Virus record (IMG/VR): IMGVR_UViG_3300028835_001054
Source of the DNA: a virus
Strand: one strand, 5' to 3'
DNA length: 38,572 nt
The position numbers and the translations under genes are program-made. Below the pieces are notes generated by a model. The model did not search any database, had not been told where the DNA came from, and saw only the letters and a list, made by a program, of their open reading frames with translations. Below, piece after piece: positions 15,617-23,460 of this stretch (within the stretch, counting starts at the first letter, position 1; every line of letters begins with the position of its first letter).

Positions 15617-15737
15617 TTATGCTTCTCTCAAGGCTTCGAAGAGAGCAAAATTAGCTTCTCTTGAGGCTTCGAAGAGAGCGAAATTTTCTTCTCTTGCCCC
15701 TGGCTTTTGCTTCTCTCTGAGCATCGAAGAGAGCAAA
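15617..15737 (+). repeat. Cluster of three full copies plus one partial copy of the palindromic element
   Basis: Copies at 15617..15650, 15651..15683 and 15705..15737; partial TTTTCTTCTCTTGCCCCTGGC at 15684..15704. Confidence 0.9.
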
Positions 15738-15935
15738 TCCGGCTGTCTCTGGAACCTTCCAGAGTCCAAAATCACTATACATCTGGCATCTGGTGATATA
15801 CAGTACTATAGCGACCTCTTCTGGATCAATCGCTGTGCATTGGTAAGCTGCTGAATCTTCACTACAGTTCGCCATCAGGTCGTTTGTAAGCTGGCGAATT
15901 TCTTTTGCTGTTGGGCTAGTCTGTTTGCTTCCCAT
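15651..15935 (-). CDS. Hypothetical protein (94 aa) whose last ~30 codons and stop codon are supplied by the repeat cluster
   Basis: ATG 15935 is preceded by GAGGAG. The C-terminus FALFDAQREAKARGKRRKFRSLRSLKRS* is a translation of the repeats in reverse orientation. Confidence 0.45.
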   Translation of the reverse strand: MGSKQTSPTAKEIRQLTNDLMANCSEDSAAYQCTAIDPEEVAIVLYITRCQMYSDFGLWKVPETAGFALFDAQREAKARGKRRKFRSLRSLKRS

Positions 15936-15945
15936 TTTACTCTCC

Positions 15946-16377
15946 TCACAGGTGATCGATTTGCGCTGCAGCTTCTTTGATCTCTGGGTTGCCAATAGCC
16001 ATCAAACGAAGTATGCCATAGATCGTCGTTCCTGAAATCTTGAGCCTGATACATTCTTTCGTGATCGCCTCAAGCCCGCGCTGTATCTCTTTCGCTTTGA
16101 GCCTCGCTATTTCCTCTGTAAGATTGCGGATGCCCGCCTCGAATGTTTCTGCCTCCTCTTTGTTTTTTTCTGCCAGGAGCATAGGCTTCCGCTTTTCTTC
16201 CTCCCTTGCCGACTTTTTGAGATCTTTCGCAACCTGGACTTTCCTCAGCAATTCCTTTTCCTTTTCAGGATCCAGATCCAGATCGCTGAGGATATTCTTG
16301 GTCTGCTTTACTGACCAATCCTCTCTGATGCAATCCTCAATTAGTTCGTTCACATATGTTTCAGTAAAACCGCCCAT
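15946..16377 (-). CDS. Hypothetical coiled-coil protein (143 aa)
   Basis: Charged Lys/Glu-rich central helix. No family recognised. Confidence 0.4.
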   Translation of the reverse strand: MGGFTETYVNELIEDCIREDWSVKQTKNILSDLDLDPEKEKELLRKVQVAKDLKKSAREEEKRKPMLLAEKNKEEAETFEAGIRNLTEEIARLKAKEIQRGLEAITKECIRLKISGTTIYGILRLMAIGNPEIKEAAAQIDHL

Positions 16378-16402
16378 GTTCTTTTTCCGCTCCTTTCTGG
16401 TT

Positions 16403-16693
16403 CTAAAAGACCTTTCGCGAAACAGCTATTCCGGACAACTCTCTGTCGTGATACGCTAATTCCCTTTTCTCCCTAAACCACATGGTCACTTTCTCATGGC
16501 AGTCGGCACACAGGACGACAAGATCGTAAAGGTCTTCATCACCGACATACTCATAGCTGTTATGATGCACATGCAGATTCTTCGTCTCTGCACACAGCGC
16601 GCACCTATATCCGAAACGCTCTAGTGTCGCATTCCTTGTCACGAGCCACGCGTCGGATTTCAGATATATATCGTTATACCATGTTCTGTCCAT
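16403..16693 (-). CDS. HNH-type endonuclease-like protein (96 aa)
   Basis: CALCAETKNLHVHHNSYEYVG....LVVLCADCHEKV gives CxxC...HH-N...CxxCH, the HNH/zinc-finger pattern. Confidence 0.6.
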   Translation of the reverse strand: MDRTWYNDIYLKSDAWLVTRNATLERFGYRCALCAETKNLHVHHNSYEYVGDEDLYDLVVLCADCHEKVTMWFREKRELAYHDRELSGIAVSRKVF

Positions 16694-17470
16694 TTATTCA
16701 GGGTAGTCCTCTGTTATATACCCGTTTCTAATCCTGGACACTAGCGCACCGCCGGGATTCCTAAACGTGATTCCTTTCTCAAAGTCCTTTTTGATCTGTG
16801 CTATCTGCCGGAGAAGATACCGCGTTTCATATTTTGCCGCCAGTTCAGATCGCGCCGGCTCCTTTACGTGATGATAATCTAATTCCCTGCGCGCCTTCTC
16901 GAAATCAGCTTCCGATTTTTCCTCAGTTACCAAAAAACCATTACCACCATTTTTAGGACTTTTCTCAACCCCCTCTCCGGTAGTAACTATATTAATATTG
17001 GTATGGGTATGGTCCTCTCCTCTCTTCTCTTCTGATCTTAGGATGGTGCCCTCTACTGTGCCCTCTACTCGTCCTCTACTGTGCCCTCTACTGCTCCCTT
17101 TTTGTTCCAGTAAGCTATTTCCCCCAGTCCAGACGCCCTTATACAGCAACAGTGATTTATAGTTAATTTCGTACTTTGCGCAGGTGTTTTTACCAAAGTT
17201 TCCGGAGATAACTTTCAATAATGGCTTACCATCTATTCTGAACTTGCACAAATTAGCGCGCCTCCCGCGAACGGATTTCGGGGTATTTCCACCACCCGCC
17301 GCCATCGCCTGAAGGTTATTCAGATCAAATGGCATCTTAAATCCGCGCCTGTTGTGTTCCAGGATGATACCGATCAGAAACGTGAACGACTCTTCGCTCA
17401 GTTTGCATACCAGGCCATATTTGTCAATACCCAGCATTACATCAATCAACGTAAAAGGCCGATCAACCAT
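16694..17470 (-). CDS. Hypothetical protein (258 aa), possibly DNA-binding/replication-associated
   Basis: Sits in the replication/recombination module. Contains a 12-nt tandem repeat. The function is not recognised with confidence. Confidence 0.3.
   Translation of the reverse strand: MVDRPFTLIDVMLGIDKYGLVCKLSEESFTFLIGIILEHNRRGFKMPFDLNNLQAMAAGGGNTPKSVRGRRANLCKFRIDGKPLLKVISGNFGKNTCAKYEINYKSLLLYKGVWTGGNSLLEQKGSSRGHSRGRVEGTVEGTILRSEEKRGEDHTHTNINIVTTGEGVEKSPKNGGNGFLVTEEKSEADFEKARRELDYHHVKEPARSELAAKYETRYLLRQIAQIKKDFEKGITFRNPGGALVSRIRNGYITEDYPE
17046..17092. repeat. Tandem 12-nt repeat, four units (one unit is 11 nt)
   Basis: GTGCCCTCTACT GTGCCCTCTACT CGTCCTCTACT GTGCCCTCTACT. Encodes SRGHSRGRVEGTVEGT on the minus strand. 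Confidence 0.85.
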
Positions 17471-18105
17471 TAATCATCGCCCTTCCTGCCAGATACAGGC
17501 CATCTACCTTTATACGGTGTATCAATTATTTCCATCTCAAGCTGGTATTCCCTTAATATTTCATTCCCCCAAGCATCCCATCCATTTGTCTGCTCGCGAG
17601 CAAATAGTTCAATACGTGGTAGATCGCCAAAGAGATTCACAATGAGTCTGCGAAAGAGATCGGGCTTTTGAGAGTGTGCCAAGCGTTTATGAAATTGCAC
17701 ATTCATTATATCCTTTCTCAATCTCTGGGCTCCTTTTCCTCTTCGGCCTAGTAACAAAATCTCAGGATTGGAACGTGTATAGCGTCCCATACCCATAGCA
17801 GGGATACTCGCCTGTGTCAGTTTGATCCATGTGAAGGCAACTGTTTTATAATCAAAACCCCATGACTCAACAACTGATATACCCTCTTTCAGTTGCGGAT
17901 AAGTGACCCATAGAAAAAGAATAGAATCATCGGCCGCGACATCTTTGACAGGCAAATTACATATGGAATCCGTCCTCATGCAGGGATAATGCGCTTCCGC
18001 GCCTCCTCCATGACTATAGCTTTTGTCAGCATAGAACCACGGCGGATCAGCATAGATTATTTTATAATGTTTTAAAGGAAGTTCTAAAAGGTCATTATAA
18101 ACCAT
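17470..18105 (-). CDS. MT-A70-family N6-adenine DNA methyltransferase (211 aa)
   Basis: IIYADPPWFY (DPPW catalytic motif). ATG 18105 is preceded by AGGAGG 6 nt upstream. Confidence 0.8.
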   Translation of the reverse strand: MVYNDLLELPLKHYKIIYADPPWFYADKSYSHGGGAEAHYPCMRTDSICNLPVKDVAADDSILFLWVTYPQLKEGISVVESWGFDYKTVAFTWIKLTQASIPAMGMGRYTRSNPEILLLGRRGKGAQRLRKDIMNVQFHKRLAHSQKPDLFRRLIVNLFGDLPRIELFAREQTNGWDAWGNEILREYQLEMEIIDTPYKGRWPVSGRKGDD

Positions 18106-18274
18106 ACTTAGCCTCCTGGATCCGCTCCGACATAACGCCTCCATCATTAAAGCGGAGCCGAAGCCCCGCCCTGACAAAGTCTTTCTGCTCCGTCGCACAA
18201 GTTGGCTCCTGAGTGGAAAGTGTCCAGGACGGTGAGGTTATCACCATCCTGGATGGAGTAAAGCTCAGGAGCGC

Positions 18275-20245
18275 TTATTTCGGCGCATCGTTGAGGGCTT
18301 CTTGCTCCTCTTTCTGATTCTGGGTAGGTGCCAGATGTTTTGACAATTCCTGTTCGAGAGTTCTGAGTAGAAGTTCTGCCTCTGGCAGCTTCATCATGCC
18401 CATTCGCTTTGGCTTATATCCGATCACATCTTTAACCTTCACCCTGAAAGCAACCGATCCCAGCGTTTTATACTGCGGAAGGGACGTAGCGAGCGCGCGC
18501 AATCTCTTGAATTGCTCTTTGGTGATCTCCTGTTCTTCATCCGGTGGCTCCGTCTGTCCAGGAAGCACAGGATTGGGATTGTGATCGACTATATCCAGTT
18601 GCGGATTCTCTTCATCAGGTTTGGCATCCGGATCGAAATCTGGCAACCGTCGGATCCGGACAATAGCCTCTGCGTAATCATCCAGAGTCCATGAATCTGC
18701 TGGGGCTTTGTGTAGATTTTCGAGGATCCACGCGTCCCGCTTCTCTACGGTTCCGAATTTCTTGACGCATACCGTAAGTAGATCCTTTGTGAGGTTCCGC
18801 TCCTCTTTTTCCGCTGATTCGATTACAGCGTCAATCTCCGCACGGAGTTCTTGCGCTGTTTCCTCTGTGCCAGTTTTTACCGCATCTTTCACAGCGTCCT
18901 CAACAGGCGTGCCATCTTTCGTGACTGGCTCTGGAAATTCTGCCTGGATCAAGAGGATCGCTTTCTGGAATTGTTCCGCCATCCATTTCGAGAGATCAGT
19001 ATCATCAGGGAAGTGTTCCAGAATCCATACGTCGCGCTCCTGGATTCCAGCGAAACAGGTTGCACCTAATTCCATGAAAGTTGATCGGAGTGCCTCGAGC
19101 TCAGGATCGGAATCTTCGTCCTTTCCGGTATCCACAACATCGCCCAGGACTTTCAGAGCTTTTTGATAATCTTCCACTGTCCAGGCTCCGATAAGCTTTT
19201 CTGCAACCGTTTTGCAGAAAGCATCCCTGTCCTGGATTCCAGCGAATACCGTCGCTCCCAATTCAGCGAAAGCGGCTTTCAGTTGCTCGAGCTCAAGATC
19301 GAATCTTCCGCTCTTCCCTTTCGTTTCCTCTTCTGGCTCCTGTTTCGGTTTGTGCGCCTCTGCTCTCTTCGAAGCCTTGAGAGAAGCAAACGGCATTTTA
19401 TGGATGGCGCTGAAAGCCTTTGCATAATGCGGCGCTTTCCATTTTGTGACAGAAGCTTCGCCCGTGTTCTGGAGTTGCCAGGAGTGCCGATCATCTTCAT
19501 TTGCGAAGAGGTCCTTGATCATCCCAAAATATGATTCTCTGAGCGCTGTTAGATCCTCTCCGCTATCTACCGTCACCGATGCCACTTCAGGAATCTCCTG
19601 GGCAGGCTCCGATGCTTCCAGCGGCGGCTCATTATATGCCTGTAAAGCAGGATTCTCGAATCCGCCGCCGAGTTCCTCAGCGATATATGGTAGATGCTGA
19701 GTTTCCAGTCCCGCGTATCGGAGCGCTCGTGTTACAGCGCATTTTCTGAACATATCGCGCAACATTGTCTCCCAAAACCTGTTCGGCTTATTATCGCTTT
19801 TGCGCCGTTTGATACAATCCTCCAACCACGTTTCCCAGACGTGAGGTCTTTCTCTGTCCTTGATCGTCAAAGTGATTTTGCACACTTTGGGATCGTCAGG
19901 ATCGTCGAATTCATACTCAATATGCTCCAGCCCATTAGCGTATGCCACATCCAGATACTTTCTATAGCCCACTATCGTCTGACCAGGTTCGCCTGCGATC
20001 TTCATAAAGTATACCTCGCCCTTTAGCGGATCCAAATTCAGGGCGCGGCATTTTCCCATGAACCAGAAAATATCATCATCTGTGCCGCCTTTGCATATAT
20101 ATTTTCTCACAAGCTCCTTGTTGATCTGGATTGTCTCATAGCTGTATTGGAGCGGCGCTATCTCCGCGCCGGTTCCCTCTGTTGCTGGCTGTCTGGTTTC
20201 CGCATCCATCTTATCAAGTTCTGCCATGTCATTTTTCTGATTCAT
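18275..20245 (-). CDS. RecT/Redbeta-like single-strand annealing protein with a long repeat-containing C-terminal extension
   Basis: The N-terminal third (CRALNLDPLKGEVYFMKIAG..GQTIVGYRKYLDVAYANG...MFRKCAVTRALRYAG) fits the RecT/Bet pattern. The C-terminal ~400 aa hold four ~50-aa repeats. The start is ambiguous (ATG 20245 or 20227). Confidence 0.65.
   Translation of the reverse strand: MNQKNDMAELDKMDAETRQPATEGTGAEIAPLQYSYETIQINKELVRKYICKGGTDDDIFWFMGKCRALNLDPLKGEVYFMKIAGEPGQTIVGYRKYLDVAYANGLEHIEYEFDDPDDPKVCKITLTIKDRERPHVWETWLEDCIKRRKSDNKPNRFWETMLRDMFRKCAVTRALRYAGLETQHLPYIAEELGGGFENPALQAYNEPPLEASEPAQEIPEVASVTVDSGEDLTALRESYFGMIKDLFANEDDRHSWQLQNTGEASVTKWKAPHYAKAFSAIHKMPFASLKASKRAEAHKPKQEPEEETKGKSGRFDLELEQLKAAFAELGATVFAGIQDRDAFCKTVAEKLIGAWTVEDYQKALKVLGDVVDTGKDEDSDPELEALRSTFMELGATCFAGIQERDVWILEHFPDDTDLSKWMAEQFQKAILLIQAEFPEPVTKDGTPVEDAVKDAVKTGTEETAQELRAEIDAVIESAEKEERNLTKDLLTVCVKKFGTVEKRDAWILENLHKAPADSWTLDDYAEAIVRIRRLPDFDPDAKPDEENPQLDIVDHNPNPVLPGQTEPPDEEQEITKEQFKRLRALATSLPQYKTLGSVAFRVKVKDVIGYKPKRMGMMKLPEAELLLRTLEQELSKHLAPTQNQKEEQEALNDAPK
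19361..19390 (-). repeat. Palindromic element inserted in frame in the RecT-like gene
   Basis: Plus strand TGCTCTCTTCGAAGCCTTGAGAGAAGCAAA, read as FASLKASKRA between protein repeats 1 and 2. Confidence 0.9.
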
Positions 20246-20465
20246 TTTCTTTCTCACTTTCTTGAAGGAGCACCTCAGCGTTTTCAACGGCGTTGATGAA
20301 TTCATCCCGCTTTTGTTTCGCCATAGCGATCCAGTGTCTTGTTTCGGTCCTGAGAAAATGGAGATCTTCCGAATCCGTTCGCTGCCAATCCTGGCTGGTG
20401 AGCGCTTTCAGATAATCGATAACGCATCTCAGCGCGTGGACTTTTTGATCGTGTATGCTTCCCAT
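20229..20465 (-). CDS. Hypothetical small protein (78 aa)
   Basis: ATG 20465 is preceded by AGGGAG. Lies between the nuclease and annealase genes. Confidence 0.4.
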   Translation of the reverse strand: MGSIHDQKVHALRCVIDYLKALTSQDWQRTDSEDLHFLRTETRHWIAMAKQKRDEFINAVENAEVLLQESEKENESEK

Positions 20466-20476
20466 TAAGATACTCC

Positions 20477-21247
20477 CTATGGCTTGACTCTGCCGCCATT
20501 TTCCGCCTCGCACTCCTGCCAGTATCGACAATAGCGCTGAGAGCACAGGTTATTATTAACTCGGTTAGCGTACCAGATCTCCGCCTCGATACCTTTCGCT
20601 ACTCCGGATAGGAGAGTCAGAAAATACCGCTCTTCGGCTTCCGTCACCTCTACTGGAAAAGATAGAATCCTGGGAACCTTTCCCCGGACACCGTAATCTA
20701 TTCTAGCCTCCATATCTGGGCTCTGGAGCTTGCGGCGCATAGCGCTGGTGTAGCCGTAGGTCTGGAGCAAATGCGTATCACGCGGCCGATTCAGACCGCG
20801 CGCGGTGGTTTTGTTTTCGATAACGATCCCATCGTCGCTCACTAGATCCACTCTGCCTGTGAAAGGCCACGGCTTATTGCTGAAAGTCATGGTAAACATC
20901 TGCTCAACTTCCACTGGCTGAATCTTATATGCGATAACGCTTTGATACTCAGCCAGAAGCATGATCCCTGAATCTTTTTCGATTCCGCGATCCTCTCCCT
21001 GCCTGAGCTCTATCTCATGTTCGTCAAAGCCCGCGCTGAAAATGGCCAGGACATCATCCAGCGGAAGATCCCGATATGTGTCGCATTTCTGCAAATAATT
21101 GTGCTTTGTGGTATCGTGGAAAACCGTTCCTATGGCAAGTGCTATATTGGCAGGTTTCCAGAGTTCAAGGCAATATTGGCAGTAGTAGCGGTATGGGCAA
21201 ATCAGGAAGGTGGTTACTCGGCTGCTGGATAAACGTTTTACTTGCAT
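20477..21247 (-). CDS. PD-(D/E)XK Cas4/RecB-like exonuclease (256 aa)
   Basis: ATG 21247 is preceded by AGGAGG. N-terminal Cys (FLICPYRYYC), GRVDLV..IVIENKT (D...E.K core) and a C-terminal Cys cluster CSQRYCRYWQEC. Adjacent to the annealase. Confidence 0.65.
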   Translation of the reverse strand: MQVKRLSSSRVTTFLICPYRYYCQYCLELWKPANIALAIGTVFHDTTKHNYLQKCDTYRDLPLDDVLAIFSAGFDEHEIELRQGEDRGIEKDSGIMLLAEYQSVIAYKIQPVEVEQMFTMTFSNKPWPFTGRVDLVSDDGIVIENKTTARGLNRPRDTHLLQTYGYTSAMRRKLQSPDMEARIDYGVRGKVPRILSFPVEVTEAEERYFLTLLSGVAKGIEAEIWYANRVNNNLCSQRYCRYWQECEAENGGRVKP

Positions 21248-21285
21248 CTTATTGAGCCTCCTTTTGATCCTTTGCTGATTCTCCG

Positions 21286-21492
21286 TCAATCGAAGATTAT
21301 GATGTCCTTCAACTCCATCTTGAGAGCTGCCGCAGCCGCTTCGACTTTCTTTGTGTGGAATCCTCCATTTCTCCACCGGAAAAGCGTCCGCGCAGAAATA
21401 TCAACGCTTTTTTCATTGAGCAAATCCGCCAGACTTCCAACAGTAGACACGCCTTCGGTTTCCTCGATCATTCGATCTATGTTTACCCTCAT
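21286..21492 (-). CDS. Small HTH DNA-binding protein (68 aa)
   Basis: VSTVGSLADLLNEKSVDISARTLFRWRNG is HTH-like. RBS AGGTGGTGA. Confidence 0.45.
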   Translation of the reverse strand: MRVNIDRMIEETEGVSTVGSLADLLNEKSVDISARTLFRWRNGGFHTKKVEAAAAALKMELKDIIIFD

Positions 21493-21576
21493 TATCTTTC
21501 ACCACCTTTCGGTTGGAATCTAATGACTCAAACTAACACAAGCTAGTTAGAGAACTAGAGAAAAAAATATGATAAT

Positions 21577-21951
21577 TCATTCATCTCTCTTACGAAGTTG
21601 TGCTTTAAGAGACAATACCTCATGCTGTAGTTCTTGGCTCTGCTTGGTGAGCGCAAGTATAATCGTGTCTTTTCTTTCCCGGAGATCATTCAATTCTTCC
21701 CATATTTCCCTGGCCTGATCATCTGCCAGAACGGATACGCGCACTTTCAAGCACTTAGCGATCTTCTTGGCAAGATAGAGGCTGACGCTGGTTTTAGCCC
21801 GAAGGATTTTATATAAAGTATCCCTGTGTATCGCCTTCCCTGTCTCCTGGCTCAAGCGAACCATGTCAGGGACTTTCAGATCCTGGAGTTTCATCTCTCT
21901 CTTAACGTTTTCCGCGAATTCTACTTTGACATCCTCTCTCTCTTGATTCAT
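21577..21951 (-). CDS. Cro/XRE-like HTH regulator with C-terminal coiled coil (124 aa)
   Basis: First gene of the leftward operon, divergent from the repressor gene. PDMVRLSQETGKAIHRDTLYKILRAKTSVSLYLAKKIAKCLKV is an XRE-type HTH. RBS GGGAGG. Confidence 0.6.
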   Translation of the reverse strand: MNQEREDVKVEFAENVKREMKLQDLKVPDMVRLSQETGKAIHRDTLYKILRAKTSVSLYLAKKIAKCLKVRVSVLADDQAREIWEELNDLRERKDTIILALTKQSQELQHEVLSLKAQLRKRDE

Positions 21952-21995
21952 TTCTATATCCTCCCTTGATAGGGTTTATAACTCTATATCAGTTA

Positions 21996-22025
21996 ATTAT
22001 ACCATAGAGCGACACGATATGTCAA
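21996..22025 (-). promoter_or_regulatory. Leftward early promoter (near-consensus sigma70, extended -10)
   Basis: Minus strand TTGACA-18 nt-TATAAT with TGG upstream of the -10 (TGGTATAAT). About 45 nt upstream of the Cro-like start. Confidence 0.6.
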
Positions 22026-22085
22026 CCTAAAATAGGCTTTGATTATATCTAAAGCCTCTTTAACTAACAAAAGTGTCGATTTTAG

Positions 22086-22114
22086 TATACAAATATCTTG
22101 AAATCTGGTATAAT
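22086..22114 (+). promoter_or_regulatory. Rightward promoter for the repressor operon (extended -10)
   Basis: TATACA-17 nt-TATAAT preceded by TGG (TGGTATAAT). Overlapped by the inverted repeat CTGGTA-12 nt-TACCAG (22105..22128). Confidence 0.45.
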
Positions 22115-22205
22115 GAGATAATTACCAGTTATACGATCATTTATTTTTTTAAGCCGCCGACCAAGTTTGGCGGAGCAAATGCCAGAACAGATCAGGAGGT
22201 ATCGA

Positions 22206-22922
22206 ATGAGAAAAAAGCCATTTACTTTGACTCTCAAGGAGAAAGAGACGATAGGGCTAATCATCAAAGACAGGCGAAACAGACTCGGCTTAACTCTCGA
22301 CGATCTAGCTGGCGCGATAGGGAGCACAAACGCATATTTATCCATGCTAGAAAACAGTAAGCGCATAGCTTCAGATAGAGTCCTCCGCCAGATCACTGAG
22401 GAACTCGATTTGGATTATGAGTACCTGCGAGAACTTTCAGAAAAAGAGCGGTATGAAAGAGAAGCAAACAAGATTAGATCCAAATATTTTGAGATACAGA
22501 AAATAGCTCAGGATAAATGCATGAACCTGGATAGCTCTGTTCTGTATGTTCCTATACTTGGGACCGTTCCTACTCAAGCTCCACTTGCAGATGAATCGGA
22601 GACAGCTATCTGTGTGCCTCAGAATTGGATCAGTGAGGCAGACAAAATCTTCGCTCTACAGATCAGTGATGACACCATGACCGGTCGGCTTGAGGATACC
22701 GACCTCGTAGCTGTCAAGAGAGGACTCGATCCAGAAAATAATGATATAGTAATAGTCCGCGTAAATGATATGATAATGGCGAAGACAATCGAGTTTATTG
22801 GTAATATGGTTGTGTTAAGAAGCACAAACGGACAGCCTGAGACGATGCACTTCACCGAAAAAGATAAGGAGCAGATGGAGGTAATCGGCAAAGTGATTTT
22901 CAGGATTACCCAGGCTTCGTGA
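22206..22922 (+). CDS. CI/LexA-like repressor: XRE HTH plus S24 peptidase-like C-terminal domain (238 aa)
   Basis: ATG 22206 lies 7 nt after AGGAGG. HTH RLGLTLDDLAGAIGSTNAYLSMLENSKR. C-terminal ALQISDDTMTG...DIVIVRVNDMIMAKTIE aligns by eye with the G(D/N)SM...K pattern of S24 domains, with Thr in the Ser position. Confidence 0.7.
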   Translation: MRKKPFTLTLKEKETIGLIIKDRRNRLGLTLDDLAGAIGSTNAYLSMLENSKRIASDRVLRQITEELDLDYEYLRELSEKERYEREANKIRSKYFEIQKIAQDKCMNLDSSVLYVPILGTVPTQAPLADESETAICVPQNWISEADKIFALQISDDTMTGRLEDTDLVAVKRGLDPENNDIVIVRVNDMIMAKTIEFIGNMVVLRSTNGQPETMHFTEKDKEQMEVIGKVIFRITQAS

Positions 22923-22934
22923 AAAGGAGATGCT

Positions 22935-23432
22935 ATGTCACTGAATTGTGGAGAACCGCAACAGAAAGAGGAAGAGGAACCTGAAATAGAGAAGAAGAAA
23001 GGCATTTGGGCTGGTGGGGATGTATCTTATAAATCTGGCTGTCTAGTAGCTCTGATTGTTGTTGCTTTCGCGATTCTTGCCGTTGTAATATTTCAATTCT
23101 TATCATCAGATGGCGATACAAAAAAGCCAGATATTCTCAAGTTTAGCGCCTCAGTCTCATTCACGGGAACCCAATTTATCATCATTAACCAGGATACTTT
23201 TGATTGGCTCAATGTCAAGCTGGAGATAAACGCCGGATTGATCGCCGGCGGTTATTCACTGGAGCATCCAGTTATGAAAGCCGGGCAGAGCTACACAGTT
23301 GGAGCACTGCAATTTGCTAAATCCGATGGCACGCGTTTTAATCCAATCACAATGAAGCCTCAGAAATTAGCTATTTATTCACGCGATAAGCGTGGCATGA
23401 TAAAGGGATCATATCATGCCCGATGGAAGTAA
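22935..23432 (+). CDS. Membrane-anchored protein (165 aa), candidate superinfection-exclusion/immunity-region moron
   Basis: AAGGAG RBS. Acidic N-terminus, one TM helix (CLVALIVVAFAILAVVIFQFL), then a beta-rich ectodomain. Located directly after the repressor gene. Confidence 0.35.
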   Translation: MSLNCGEPQQKEEEEPEIEKKKGIWAGGDVSYKSGCLVALIVVAFAILAVVIFQFLSSDGDTKKPDILKFSASVSFTGTQFIIINQDTFDWLNVKLEINAGLIAGGYSLEHPVMKAGQSYTVGALQFAKSDGTRFNPITMKPQKLAIYSRDKRGMIKGSYHARWK

Positions 23433-23460
23433 ATCTGTTCGTCAAATCGGCTCAAAATCA

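Noticed and set aside
15617-15737. CRISPR mini-array interpretation of the tandem 33-nt repeats (also 2745..2809 and 23668..23733)
   Set aside because: The copies abut directly with no unique spacers, lie inside ORFs in two cases, occur in both orientations across the genome, and have no cas gene or leader. A solitary-repeat mimic of a host CRISPR repeat cannot be excluded without the host repeat sequence, and is kept only as a minor hypothesis.
18095-18247. 50-aa ORF between the RecT-like and methylase genes
   Set aside because: It has an ATG but no RBS and nondescript composition, so I cannot support it from sequence alone.
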